Position numbers and translations under genes: made by a program. This document shows, in pieces, positions 38,019 through 48,541 of a stretch of DNA of 64,000 nucleotides. The notes under the pieces are model-generated. The model was not told the origin of the DNA. It saw only the letters and a list, made by a program, of their open reading frames with translations, and made no database searches. The stretch comes from an uncultured archaeon (GTDB taxonomy: Archaea > Nanobdellota > Nanobdellia > Pacearchaeales > GW2011-AR1), in contig CABMGE010000007.1 of assembly GCA_902385625.1 (NCBI GenBank), forward strand, positions 1,565-65,564. Direction: 5' to 3'. How positions within the stretch are numbered: the first letter of the stretch is position 1; each line of letters begins with the position of its first letter.

Positions 38019-38997
38019 TTTTTTTAAGGTCTCTTAAAAATTCAATAAAAAAACTCAAAACCATAGGGCCTATAAGAAAACCAAAAAATCCGAAGATTGG
38101 AATCCCTCCTAAAACTCCAAGTAAAATTATTATCGGATGTATCGAAGATTTTTTTGCAACAATTGTCGGCGCAATAAAGTGATCCACAAGTACAGTCATT
38201 AATAATCCGGTGATTAATATAATGCCTGCTGAAACCAATGAATTGTTTATCAGGTTAAAAATAAATACAGGGATCCACACAATTGAAGGACCAAGCATAG
38301 GGATAAAAGCAAATAGAGCGATTAAAAAAGCGAGCAAAAAATAACCATTTAATCCTGCAAGTTTAAATCCTACGAATGCAATTGTAAAATCAATTATTGC
38401 AATTAAGAAATAGCCGTAAAAAATATTTTTAGTTGTTTTTCCAACCCTGCTCATAATTTCATCCTTATTCTTTAATGGAAATATTTCTTTTAAAATAACA
38501 ATAAAATTATTCCATTCAAACAATAAGAAAAATGTCAGAAATACTATAATTATCAAATGGACAATAAATAAAGGGATGTCTTTTGCAACAGATACACTAA
38601 ACAATAAAATAAATTCATTTATTTTTTCACTAAACTGTCCATAATAATTTCCATGAGGAATTCCAATTTTTTCTGCATAACCGGATATAGAACTTGTAAA
38701 TCTAATCAAGCTATCTTTATTCAGATACTGTGAAGCTTCATTTGTTAGAGAGAATGCTACTGAAGAGCCGATTACCAGGATGATTATAAAGACTGCAAGA
38801 ATTATAAGTATTGCAGAAAGTTTTTTATTTATATGCCGAGATAAATAATTTTGTATTGGAAGAAGAAGGTAGGTAATTATAAAAGACGAGAGTATTGCAG
38901 TTAGAAAATCTTTTACAATAAAATAAGAAATTAAGCCCAGTATTAATACTGCTACAAACAAATAAATTTTTTCTTCTTTTGTATTTAGATTTGCCAT
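38008..38997 (-). CDS. AI-2E family transporter
   Basis: FIPMLG, IHPIIILLGVLGG..FGFFGFLIGP. Confidence 0.92.
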   Translation of the reverse strand: MANLNTKEEKIYLFVAVLILGLISYFIVKDFLTAILSSFIITYLLLPIQNYLSRHINKKLSAILIILAVFIIILVIGSSVAFSLTNEASQYLNKDSLIRFTSSISGYAEKIGIPHGNYYGQFSEKINEFILLFSVSVAKDIPLFIVHLIIIVFLTFFLLFEWNNFIVILKEIFPLKNKDEIMSRVGKTTKNIFYGYFLIAIIDFTIAFVGFKLAGLNGYFLLAFLIALFAFIPMLGPSIVWIPVFIFNLINNSLVSAGIILITGLLMTVLVDHFIAPTIVAKKSSIHPIIILLGVLGGIPIFGFFGFLIGPMVLSFFIEFLRDLKKIND

Positions 38998-39110
38998 TTT
39001 TGAAAAGTTGGCGCTTTAGACAGGTAAATTCAGGAGATTATTTTTTTAAAATGAGATTAGTCAAAAAAAAACAACACGATTATATAAAGAAAAGCGACTT
39101 ATTTTTTTCT

Positions 39111-39605
39111 ATGGATAAAGTTGTTCACTTCGAGATACCTGTAGAAGATATTGAAAGAGCAAAAAGTTTCTACAGGACTACTTTTGGCTGGGAAATCATA
39201 GGTATTCCAGAAATGGATTATAATTTTGTTCATACTTGCCAGACTGATGAGGATGGAATGATTAGTGAGAAAGGGGCCATCAATGGAGGCATTAGGAAAA
39301 AAAATGAGATAATAAAGTCTCCTGTAATTACAATTAATGTTTCAGACATTAATGAAGCATTATTTTTAATTGAAAAAAATGGTGGAAAAATGATAATTAA
39401 AAACAAAGTTGGAAACATTGGATTTTCAGCATATTTTGAAGATACTGAAGGAAATGTAATTGGACTTTGGCAATCAATTCCAATACAAGAGATTTTAGAT
39501 GCGAGTGTTCAGGAGGATATAGATATCCTTGGACAAAATATTCATGAAGAAAAGTTAGAAAATGAAAAAACAGAAGAAAAGAAAGTTCTTTTAAATGAAA
39601 TATAA
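39111..39605 (+). CDS. VOC/glyoxalase family protein with acidic tail
   Basis: VVHFEIP...FGW...FEDTEGNVIGLWQ. Confidence 0.9.
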   Translation: MDKVVHFEIPVEDIERAKSFYRTTFGWEIIGIPEMDYNFVHTCQTDEDGMISEKGAINGGIRKKNEIIKSPVITINVSDINEALFLIEKNGGKMIIKNKVGNIGFSAYFEDTEGNVIGLWQSIPIQEILDASVQEDIDILGQNIHEEKLENEKTEEKKVLLNEI

Positions 39606-39612
39606 ATAACTT

Positions 39613-40107
39613 TTAATCGTCATCATTTCTAGATCTGGTTGGAGGGCTTTGTTTTATTGAAGATGTTTTATTCCCAATTTCTGAAACAGTTAGATTTGTA
39701 TTTAAATCTCCAATAAAATAAGCATCAAGAAGAGAATTTGCATTTGCTGAATGAGGACTTCCGCGATTTCCCTTAGTATCATATAATTCAGTTGCATCTT
39801 TTCCACAGCCTGAAACTATTGTTGAGTAACCTCCGGGATGAGAACCAATATATGAGGTTATATCATAAACTTTATTGTTAATAATCATCCAGCAATCAGT
39901 TGCTTTGTTATGTTTTTCTATTTCTTGCAATGTTAAACCTATTGTATCTGATAAACTTCCATTTTCCTGAATCTGAGATCCTGGCCTGGAGATTAAATTT
40001 GAGGAATTATTTTTATTGGCTATTAAAAAACCGGTAATAAAGAGTGCCACTAAAAAAGCCCAGGCGATAAAAATTCCTGTATAAAAAATTGCTTTTGTTA
40101 GTTTCAT
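39613..40107 (-). CDS. membrane-anchored cytochrome b5-like heme protein
   Basis: KHN..DCWMIINNKVYDIT..HPGG...GKDAT...HS. Confidence 0.92.
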   Translation of the reverse strand: MKLTKAIFYTGIFIAWAFLVALFITGFLIANKNNSSNLISRPGSQIQENGSLSDTIGLTLQEIEKHNKATDCWMIINNKVYDITSYIGSHPGGYSTIVSGCGKDATELYDTKGNRGSPHSANANSLLDAYFIGDLNTNLTVSEIGNKTSSIKQSPPTRSRNDDD

Positions 40108-41420
40108 AATCCAAATTCCTCAGTTATTATATTTTTCTTATTTATTCCAAATGAGATTAATTGTTTTTTAATTGAATTCATCATATTTGGAGGACCACAT
40201 ATAAAAATTTTGCTGTTACTTAAGTATTTGGAGTTATTCTTTATATATTCTAAATTTAAAAGGCCGCTTTTTTCAGATATAAACGGATAAATGTTTAATT
40301 TTTTAGTTTTTGAAATTTTATTTGAGATTTCTTTTAATTCTTTTAAAAATACGCATTCTTTTTCAGTTTTTACAGAATAATACAGATCGATATTATCCCC
40401 ATCAAAAGAACCTGGGCTGTCATCAATTGACCGAATCATTGAAATAAAGGGGGTAATCCCTATTCCCCCTGAAATAAAAATGTAATTGTTTGAATGATGA
40501 TTAACAAATGAGAATTTTCCAAATGGACCTTCCAGTTTTACTTTACTTCCCACTTTTACATTCTTAAGGTTTGCAGTATAGTCTCCAAGATCTTTTATTG
40601 AAAAAATAATATCTTTTTTATTTGGAGAAGAGCAGATTGTAAATGGATGAGGCTCGTTTGTAGTTATATCTGACTCAATTGACAAGAATGCAAATTGACC
40701 TGGAATATAATTAAGAGGTTTATCTTTTGTTTCAAGAGTTATTTCGGTTAGATTTCCAATTTGTTTTATTGATTTTACAGTGTATTCGTATCTCTTCACG
40801 AATTTTTTCCAAAAAAGAGTTCTGTATGAAAAAGAACCGATTCCGATTATAATAAATAAAACCATGTAACTTTTAAGAAAAATACTTCGAGAAACATCGC
40901 TTGAAATTAATAATACATGAAGACTTGCAAGAATATATGAAAATCCAAGAAGCTTGTGGTTAAATTTCCAGGTTTGGTATTTGAATTTTGAAATAAATGT
41001 CAGGATCAAAAATAATTCCATTGAAAACAATGCAAAATTTCCAAGTGTTATTGCTAAATTACTGATCTGCAGAAGAAACTTTGCAGCAACAACTATTGAA
41101 CTTGTTATAAACTGGCTTGCTAAAAATAGCGGATGAAAAAGCAGAAGCAAGAAAGATATAATTCCTATATTGTGATGGGCTTTGTAAGTCTTATCAAGTC
41201 CAAAAAACAATTTTTCTGTAAATTTTAATCTTGTATTTAATAATAAAGTTATAGAAAACAAAACCATTCCACAAAGACCTAAAATTTTTCCAATACTTCT
41301 CATTGAATTTGAAAAATTGGAAAATGATACAGAGTCACCAGGGAAAATCAGTAAATAGAGTACTGGAATTATTGCAAGAATAAATACCCATAGATACCCT
41401 GTTTTTTTAAAGAAATCCAT
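40104..41420 (-). CDS. ferric reductase-like transmembrane protein with FAD/NAD(P)-binding domains
   Basis: TM His pairs, HPFT, EGPFG, GGIGITPF, CGPP, EEF. Confidence 0.92.
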   Translation of the reverse strand: MDFFKKTGYLWVFILAIIPVLYLLIFPGDSVSFSNFSNSMRSIGKILGLCGMVLFSITLLLNTRLKFTEKLFFGLDKTYKAHHNIGIISFLLLLFHPLFLASQFITSSIVVAAKFLLQISNLAITLGNFALFSMELFLILTFISKFKYQTWKFNHKLLGFSYILASLHVLLISSDVSRSIFLKSYMVLFIIIGIGSFSYRTLFWKKFVKRYEYTVKSIKQIGNLTEITLETKDKPLNYIPGQFAFLSIESDITTNEPHPFTICSSPNKKDIIFSIKDLGDYTANLKNVKVGSKVKLEGPFGKFSFVNHHSNNYIFISGGIGITPFISMIRSIDDSPGSFDGDNIDLYYSVKTEKECVFLKELKEISNKISKTKKLNIYPFISEKSGLLNLEYIKNNSKYLSNSKIFICGPPNMMNSIKKQLISFGINKKNIITEEFGL

Positions 41421-41493
41421 AATATTATCTATAAATTCATGTTTTAAAAGCTTATGAATTTATATTTCCTATAGAAAATCCGAGTTCTTTATT

Positions 41494-42000
41494 TTAAGCT
41501 ACTGACTTTAGAAATTCTTCCATTGATCCATTTGGAAGTATTACTGCATTATACAGTTGATCTCTAATATAATCTGCACATCTTGATGCAGGAATTGATT
41601 CTCCATTTAAGTTCTCTTTTAACTTTATTGCATTTTTTATTGCTTCTAGATCAGATTCTACTAAAATTTGCTCGCCGATTAGATAATTAGCAATATTTCT
41701 AAATTCTTGATCAGCATGAATCATTAAATCATCATATTTTGAACATACTTTTCCAACTGTCAGATTATGATCTAAATTATTGTCTGACTTATCACCCTCG
41801 CCTGGAACTATTGAAGTATAAAAAAGAAGATCTGCTATATATTCTGCAGCTGTTTTTTCCTGGCCAGATTCTATTGCAGTGATTAAATCACCATCAATTA
41901 GTCTTTCTCCGACTATATCATGACCGATACGTGAAAAAAGTCCTTTAACCGACCTTATATCAACTTCATTTTTAAGTAAGTCTGAAAGTGTTTTTGCCAT
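41494..42000 (-). CDS. hypothetical protein
   Basis: 168 aa ORF with TATA box upstream. Confidence 0.65.
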   Translation of the reverse strand: MAKTLSDLLKNEVDIRSVKGLFSRIGHDIVGERLIDGDLITAIESGQEKTAAEYIADLLFYTSIVPGEGDKSDNNLDHNLTVGKVCSKYDDLMIHADQEFRNIANYLIGEQILVESDLEAIKNAIKLKENLNGESIPASRCADYIRDQLYNAVILPNGSMEEFLKSVA

Positions 42001-42074
42001 ATTTAGATGAATTCTTAGAAGTTTATAAAGCTTTTGCTATGTAGTTACTTTAAAGTGATACTAGATAAGGCCTA

Positions 42075-42608
42075 TTAATGATTTTCACAAATATACACAA
42101 TTGTGAGAGGAGGTATGTTTCTAAAAACAACCCTTGATTTAACCGAAGAGAAATATTGTTTTAACAAATCTCCTTCTGGAAAATACTTGTATTGTATGTA
42201 TCTTTGGGCTTCTTTTGAGGCATTTAAAATACTATGAACAACATTTTTTGGCATGGAGGTTAAAGGCAGACCTGAAACAATACAGTCAAAATCCTGGATG
42301 TAATCCTGAAAATTTTCTGCACTCTCCCCAATAATTGTAAGCCTGGAGTCTTCAATTTGTATTAGATGCTCGAGAAGTCTTGGATTATTTTCAAATGCAG
42401 TGAGCCTCACTGCTTCTTCTTTTAGTTCATTTAAAATAGCTTTTGTGACTGGCCCTGCACCTGCGCCAAGTTCAACGATATTATATCCTACAACCTGTTT
42501 TGCAACTGCTTTTGCAAGATATTTTGAACTTTGAAACGGAGTTCCTAACTGCTTTCTATTTCTCACAAATTCTTTTACAAAATCTCCATTTGAATTTCTC
42601 TTTTTCAT
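42075..42608 (-). CDS. class I SAM-dependent methyltransferase (phospholipid N-methyltransferase-like)
   Basis: SSKYLA, VELGAGAGPVT, IVSGLPL, RNIPP. Confidence 0.85.
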   Translation of the reverse strand: MKKRNSNGDFVKEFVRNRKQLGTPFQSSKYLAKAVAKQVVGYNIVELGAGAGPVTKAILNELKEEAVRLTAFENNPRLLEHLIQIEDSRLTIIGESAENFQDYIQDFDCIVSGLPLTSMPKNVVHSILNASKEAQRYIQYKYFPEGDLLKQYFSSVKSRVVFRNIPPLTIVYICENH

Positions 42609-42699
42609 GAGTATATTAAAGAGAATTAAAATATATATAAGTTTTGAATTGACCAATCATAAAAAACTTTATAAAGGATATTATTTTAAAGTGGTAACT

Positions 42700-43293
42700 A
42701 TGACTGAACCACAAAACCCGAAATCTGAAGAAAAAGAAAGTATTTGGGATCGAGATATAGGAGAATTTTTTGAAAATGCAGGCTTGATAATTTACAATAA
42801 TGGTTCTAGAGTTTATGGAGCTGTTTCTGAAATTAGTTCGAATGCATATAATCGAAGTGTAAATTTTATATCAGAATATGGAAGAACAATTGGAAGAACT
42901 AGTGTCAAAGTTGCAGCTTTTGGTTTAATTGGATATGTTGGAATAAAAGGAGGATCATTTATTGCAAATTATAGACTCGCTGATCTTCCAAATCAAAATC
43001 AAGTTGTTTCTACTGTTTTAAAACAAGTTAAGGGAACTGAATATGGTTCTGTTGTTCAAAAAAACAGCACTCAAACAGTATTTCAAAAACAAAAAGATGG
43101 CAAGTTTAGAAAGCTTGATGATTTAAAAGATGATGAATTAAAAACACTTGCAGGAAGCAAAGAAGAAATAAAAAAATTAGAAGAAGAAAGGGACAAAGAA
43201 GTAAAAGCAATAAAAGAAAGCTATGATTCAAAAGTAAAAGATATAAGGGGCTCATATGAAAAACTGGAGGAAAAGGCAAACACTTTAAATTAA
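42700..43293 (+). CDS. membrane-anchored coiled-coil protein
   Basis: Central hydrophobic segment, C-terminal coiled coil. Confidence 0.65.
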   Translation: MTEPQNPKSEEKESIWDRDIGEFFENAGLIIYNNGSRVYGAVSEISSNAYNRSVNFISEYGRTIGRTSVKVAAFGLIGYVGIKGGSFIANYRLADLPNQNQVVSTVLKQVKGTEYGSVVQKNSTQTVFQKQKDGKFRKLDDLKDDELKTLAGSKEEIKKLEEERDKEVKAIKESYDSKVKDIRGSYEKLEEKANTLN

Positions 43294-43294
43294 A

Positions 43295-43705
43295 ATGAAA
43301 TTTTATTGTTCAACTAAAACTTTTTGCATAGGTCTTGCAGTTCTTGGAGTTGGAGCCTTATATGGGAACTTTAAAACTTCAAGAGATATTTATTCCTCTG
43401 CACCAAAGGCTTCGGCACCTGTAAAACTTTTAGAGGGAAAAATTGATTCTAATGACTCTTTAGATTTAGTTGTTAGACTTGAAAATAAACATGATGAAAT
43501 AATGCTTAATTGCGAAGGAAAATATGTTAATGCAAGAAATGAAATGACTGATCAGTTAAAAAAAGCAGAAGAAGAGTATAATGCAAATATTAATAATAAA
43601 CAAAAAGCTCATCAAAAAAGTGTAACTGAAAAAACAAGAGAGTATAATTCTAAAAAAGCTGGAATAGAAAAGAAATATAGCGATATAGAAAGAGAACTTA
43701 GATAA
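43295..43705 (+). CDS. membrane-anchored coiled-coil protein
   Basis: N-terminal hydrophobic segment; C-terminus resembles that of the upstream gene. Confidence 0.65.
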   Translation: MKFYCSTKTFCIGLAVLGVGALYGNFKTSRDIYSSAPKASAPVKLLEGKIDSNDSLDLVVRLENKHDEIMLNCEGKYVNARNEMTDQLKKAEEEYNANINNKQKAHQKSVTEKTREYNSKKAGIEKKYSDIERELR

Positions 43706-43724
43706 CACGGTTTAGAAGATTGTT

Positions 43725-44069
43725 TTACTCTAAAAAAATATATCCCTGATCTTCCTTTGAATATTTTAATTTTAATAGCCCATAAATAAAACTATTAATA
43801 GAAGTCAAATAACACAAATAAGGACCAATCTTATCTAGAGCATAAGAAGACTTTTTATCCATATTGTCCTTTAGCCTTCCAAGAAAATTATCATCATAAA
43901 ATTTCTTATTTTCTAAAGGGTGCTTCAAGCATTCCTGATTAATTCTTACAATGTCTACTGCAAACTTTGCTGCAGAGAATAATCTATTGCTGTGATAAAC
44001 CAGATCTTCAAAATCATCTGCCTCTTCTCTTTCAACTACTTTTTCAAGGGAAATTAAACCTTGCATCAA
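43725..44069 (-). CDS. hypothetical protein
   Basis: 114 aa ORF. Confidence 0.55.
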   Translation of the reverse strand: MMQGLISLEKVVEREEADDFEDLVYHSNRLFSAAKFAVDIVRINQECLKHPLENKKFYDDNFLGRLKDNMDKKSSYALDKIGPYLCYLTSINSFIYGLLKLKYSKEDQGYIFLE

Positions 44070-44124
44070 GGATTAGAATCTTAACTGTTTAAAAGGATTA
44101 TTGAAATGAAATGAAACAGAATTA

Positions 44125-45945
44125 TTACAAATTTATATCAAAGTCACCAAGTTCGGACTTTAATAATTTCATCATATTATTATCAATTTTTACTCTGCTG
44201 CCTTTATGTTCTGCAAGAGTTTCATTTAGTTCATTAATATTTGAATCTTCTATTTTATCAGTTATTTTTTTAACGTTATTTTCAATAACTAAAAATGAAG
44301 GTTTTGTCAGGAATAATTCAGCATGTTTATTGTCAAAACTCAATACTATTTTTGTTTTCTCCAAAAGTCCTAATTCTTTTCTTTGAGCATATTCAATCAA
44401 ACCTTCTATCAAATAAACAGAGTCTTTTCTAAGTGTCTCAAACGCGTATTTTGTAGGAGCTTTTTTTGTTTTATATTCTCTTTTTATATTTACAAGTTCA
44501 TTTAATGTGTGCAAGAACTTCGGATTTGCCTTTCCTTTATTTACAAGGTCTTTTTCATATTCTTTTATTAATTCAGTTTCTTCTTTATCTCCAAAAATAG
44601 CCTTAAGCATTTTGAAAGTGTTTGAATATATATCCTCAACAGTCTTTTTCTGCATTTCTTTTTCAATATCTTCTCTTAATTCTTTTAATCTTTTTAAATA
44701 ATCATCAGAATCTTTCAATAGTTTGTCTACTTCTTTTCCGGTTACTTCTTTTACTTTTCCATGTTCGTAACCTTTGTAGTACTTTATTGCGATTTCCTCT
44801 AAAATATCTGCGTATTTTTTCTCAAGCATTTTTTCCTTTTCAACAAATATCCTTTTCATTTCCTTTACTGTTTCATAAACATTTGTTGGAGGCAAACCAT
44901 ATAACATAAGCATTGCCTGGCTTGGAGTTATGACTCCCCAATAAATATCTCCAATAACAATATCCAAAAGTCTTCTTTTAACAATATCTTGAGTTTTATC
45001 TCCCATTGACATGAACATATCAATAGATTCTGGAGAGGGTTTTATTTTACCCATTCTTAGCAGTAGTTTCCAAGGTAAGAATCCTCCACGATCATATAAT
45101 GGGACTCCGTCTCTTAGGAATGTATAGAATATTGGGTTTGCATCTTTTACTCCTTCCCAGAATTCAGTTAAAAGATAAACCTGTGGAGAAAGCTTGTTTT
45201 TTACTCCTGCAAGTTCTTCTGCTTGCATAACATAAGAATAGATAATATTTCTAAGTTTTTCCTTTAGTTCTAGTCTTGGCATTCTTTTAACATCTGTATC
45301 ATCAATTATAATATAAACATCAACATCACTTGTCTTTACTACTTCTCCACGAACTAAACTTCCTCCTACAACATAGGAGTAAACATATTTTTCAAATTTC
45401 TTTAAACATAATGATTTGTGTATTTGAGCAACTCTGAGAGCTCCTAAAATTCCCTTGTCATGAAGTGGAAAAGCCATTCCAATTGCTTCAATTATATTAT
45501 ATTTTGAATCAAGGCATATTTCCCATAAGTCTTTTTCCAAAAATAAGTTTAACCAGATTTTTTGTTCTGAATCTTTTATTCTCTTAATAATATCTGCTTT
45601 GATTTCATTGAATTCTTTTTCTTTGTCTCCCTCGATAATTACAAGAAGATGCATTGGCTTATTTTTTCTTTCTTCTTCACTAAGTTCATTTTCTTCATCA
45701 AACATATCTGCTGCTTGAGGAGGAATTATTCCAATCGCACTTACACATTTGTGTTTTCCTACAATATCTTTTTTAAGAGCTTCAAGTTTTTCCCTTACTT
45801 TTTGCATTTCTTTTTCTTCTTTTGGAGTTGGAGCACCAGGCACATTTCCTTTAATATCTGCTGTTTGATATCTTGAATTATCAAGAGTCATTTCTGCTTT
45901 TTCAGCATTAGAATTCTTTTCTTCTTTATTATTTTCTTTTGCCAT
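44125..45945 (-). CDS. Pol-beta-type nucleotidyltransferase domain protein with HEPN-like helical region
   Basis: GGSLVRG...SDVDVYIIIDD; degenerate N-terminal NTase-like repeat. Confidence 0.8.
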   Translation of the reverse strand: MAKENNKEEKNSNAEKAEMTLDNSRYQTADIKGNVPGAPTPKEEKEMQKVREKLEALKKDIVGKHKCVSAIGIIPPQAADMFDEENELSEEERKNKPMHLLVIIEGDKEKEFNEIKADIIKRIKDSEQKIWLNLFLEKDLWEICLDSKYNIIEAIGMAFPLHDKGILGALRVAQIHKSLCLKKFEKYVYSYVVGGSLVRGEVVKTSDVDVYIIIDDTDVKRMPRLELKEKLRNIIYSYVMQAEELAGVKNKLSPQVYLLTEFWEGVKDANPIFYTFLRDGVPLYDRGGFLPWKLLLRMGKIKPSPESIDMFMSMGDKTQDIVKRRLLDIVIGDIYWGVITPSQAMLMLYGLPPTNVYETVKEMKRIFVEKEKMLEKKYADILEEIAIKYYKGYEHGKVKEVTGKEVDKLLKDSDDYLKRLKELREDIEKEMQKKTVEDIYSNTFKMLKAIFGDKEETELIKEYEKDLVNKGKANPKFLHTLNELVNIKREYKTKKAPTKYAFETLRKDSVYLIEGLIEYAQRKELGLLEKTKIVLSFDNKHAELFLTKPSFLVIENNVKKITDKIEDSNINELNETLAEHKGSRVKIDNNMMKLLKSELGDFDINL

Positions 45946-46000
45946 TTTGTTTTTATATTTAATCTAAAAAATGTGTATATTTAAAGCTATCTTTACAATG

Positions 46001-47302
46001 TTACCTTTGGGGTGCATATGATTGTGCTTGTATTCTTGCATTGTCTACAAAACCCAGAGGAGTCCAAAATCCTGTTAAAAGTGTTGAATCAATAACTGTT
46101 CTTCCGGAATTATCATATCTTACTCCTCTTTTACTAAATTCTTCAATTGCTCTTGCAACTGGATTTGCACAATACCTGAGTTCTGAAACAAGACCTGAAC
46201 CTAGATTACCTTCTGAATCAAAATTATACCTTTGCTGTTGCATCCATCCCAGTATTCTTGCTTTATCAATTGCAACTTCACTTACCAAGTCAAATTTCTT
46301 TTTTTGGACTTCAGGATCATTATATTCTCCCATACTTTTATCAGCAAGAACACATATAGTGTAATAAGTTATATTTCTTTTATATTCTTCTAATTGTTCT
46401 GTATCTTTTGCTTCCTGATAAATTCCATCAAATTTATGTTCTATTCCAAGCGCTTTTTGAGTTTCAGGAGAATTTTTTAAATCTTCTAAAAGTCTGTTTT
46501 CATAGAATTGTGCTACTGATTCTCTAGTGGATGAGTTTAAATCTGAATTATGTTTTAAAATATAAGGAAATTTAGATAATCTTGTTATTACATAGTTTAA
46601 TGCATGACCCATTCCTTCGTGGCCATAAAGTTCAATTAATTCTTTGTCCCTGATATGTAAAGTTCCATCTTCTTTTGAAAAACAAATTCTTGGAATACTT
46701 ATTGCGAGATTATTAGTAAGTGGATGAAAATAAGATCTATCTTGTGTTGTTGGAACTGCACTTATTTCCCTTAAGAATCCTCCAATACTTGTGAGTCCTT
46801 GCAAAAATTTTCCTATTGTTTTATGATACCTTTGAATATGCGCTCCTGCAAATTCTTCTGCTTGTCTTCTCACTCCAGGTATATCTGAAGGCACTGCAAG
46901 TTCATATCCTTCAATATCTCTTGAATGAAATAATCTTTCTATTGCATCTGTTGTTTTTTCCTTAGTTGTTTCAAGCCAAGGCCTGAGGGAAGTAATATCT
47001 TCTTTTGGAATTCCTAAAATGTTTATAACTGTATCAAAATCATAAAGTCTTCCACTAGCCTGATGTTCTAAATAAGCTCCTTCTCCATGTAGTCTTCTTT
47101 TTAACTCTGACTGTACAACTTCTTCTTCATTTTTAGGCTGTACTTCTGGAATGCTTTTTGCGAGATTTTGCATTGATTCTGCGAGCTTTAAGGCTTCTTT
47201 TGTGGGAGTTATACTGTATTTATTACTAAATTTTCCAATTCTATCGAGATTTTTTATTAAAAGTTCTGTTTCTTTTAGTTTTTCTTCAAGATTTATTTCC
47301 AT
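46001..47302 (-). CDS. hypothetical protein, possible Zn metallopeptidase
   Basis: HEGMGH followed by a downstream ESVAQFYE. Confidence 0.6.
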   Translation of the reverse strand: MEINLEEKLKETELLIKNLDRIGKFSNKYSITPTKEALKLAESMQNLAKSIPEVQPKNEEEVVQSELKRRLHGEGAYLEHQASGRLYDFDTVINILGIPKEDITSLRPWLETTKEKTTDAIERLFHSRDIEGYELAVPSDIPGVRRQAEEFAGAHIQRYHKTIGKFLQGLTSIGGFLREISAVPTTQDRSYFHPLTNNLAISIPRICFSKEDGTLHIRDKELIELYGHEGMGHALNYVITRLSKFPYILKHNSDLNSSTRESVAQFYENRLLEDLKNSPETQKALGIEHKFDGIYQEAKDTEQLEEYKRNITYYTICVLADKSMGEYNDPEVQKKKFDLVSEVAIDKARILGWMQQQRYNFDSEGNLGSGLVSELRYCANPVARAIEEFSKRGVRYDNSGRTVIDSTLLTGFWTPLGFVDNARIQAQSYAPQR

Positions 47303-47418
47303 GTATTTTTGTACTTTCTAGACTTTTTAAAGCTTATTATTGTAATAACTTGATAATAGTAACAAATAGTAAGCTTTATAAAATCCCACTGAGTAGGATA
47401 AAATAGTACAGTTTAGGG

Positions 47419-47940
47419 GTGAAGGAAAATGAAATGCAAAGTCAGACAATTGAAGATTATGTATCATCCGGAGATATAGTTCCTTCTAGTGGGGAATTTG
47501 TTGCCTTAAAAGATAATCGAAGTATTGTTAGAAAATGTTTAGAGGCATATTTCGAACCTAAATCATTTGAAAAATGGCAAAATGGAAGAGTTTATGAGTG
47601 GCTCGGAATAAAATATTTTCAAAAAGCCTATCTTGCAACTTTTGGAAAAATTGCCAATCCTTCTGGAAAATGGATTGATGACAAATCAACTGAATCACTT
47701 AAGTCTTATATTGCTGGAACAAGAGCACTTGAACTTGCTCATATTGGACTTGCAGGATTTTTTTTAGCAGGAGACTTAATTATTGCTTCAAATTCTGAAA
47801 ATAACAATAGTTTAGGTGGATTTCTTCGTGGATGTGCTGTTAATCTTGCAATTAATCTCTATCCAATAATTCTTCAAAGATATAACAGAACAAGAGTTCA
47901 AACTGTTCTGGATAACAAATATGGAGGAGAAAATGACTGA
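47419..47940 (+). CDS. CrtO-like (glycosyl-carotenoid acyltransferase-like) membrane protein
   Basis: YEWLGIKYFQK, ELAH, NLYPIILQRYNR.R. Confidence 0.65.
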   Translation: MKENEMQSQTIEDYVSSGDIVPSSGEFVALKDNRSIVRKCLEAYFEPKSFEKWQNGRVYEWLGIKYFQKAYLATFGKIANPSGKWIDDKSTESLKSYIAGTRALELAHIGLAGFFLAGDLIIASNSENNNSLGGFLRGCAVNLAINLYPIILQRYNRTRVQTVLDNKYGGEND

Positions 47941-48541
47941 AAATAACCCAATAGAACTTAGGGGACATCATTTGTCCTTATTTGCTGATTATTATTTTAG
48001 AAATAAATGCAGAACCGATAGTGCAGATTCTAAAGTTATACAAGCAAAAGGAAAATACAAACTAACTGACTTGCTAACTAATGAACCTATATTCTCAGAT
48101 TCACAACAAAATGAAGGCAACTATGAATCGGATTTTATATCAAGAAAATACAGCCCTGCGATTCGAAAACATATGAGTGAGCTTTGGCAAAAATTAATAG
48201 ATGAACCTGAGACAAAAGTAAAACTGGTTGAAGGATTTGATAACATCTGCATGTTTGCTGGGGGGAAAAAATGTCCAAGGTATGAAGAGAGTTCATGTGG
48301 CCCTGAAGGTTATGCTGATGATATATTAACAATTGCAGAACTCCAATTAGAAACTGGAAAAACATATAGTTCCAAGGAAATAATCTCAAGAATTGTTGAT
48401 TACAGAAAACAAACAGGATTTATCAGTCCAAAAGAAAAGTTTCTTAAATTACTACTTGAATTTAATTTTGAGGATAGTAGTTCTGAAGAGGATATTAGTG
48501 ATGAAGAAATTGATAGGATAATGAATGGAGAAAAACAATGA
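47933..48541 (+). CDS. DUF1284-like metal-binding protein
   Basis: ELRGHHL, VKLVEGFDNIC...CP. Confidence 0.65.
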   Translation: MTENNPIELRGHHLSLFADYYFRNKCRTDSADSKVIQAKGKYKLTDLLTNEPIFSDSQQNEGNYESDFISRKYSPAIRKHMSELWQKLIDEPETKVKLVEGFDNICMFAGGKKCPRYEESSCGPEGYADDILTIAELQLETGKTYSSKEIISRIVDYRKQTGFISPKEKFLKLLLEFNFEDSSSEEDISDEEIDRIMNGEKQ

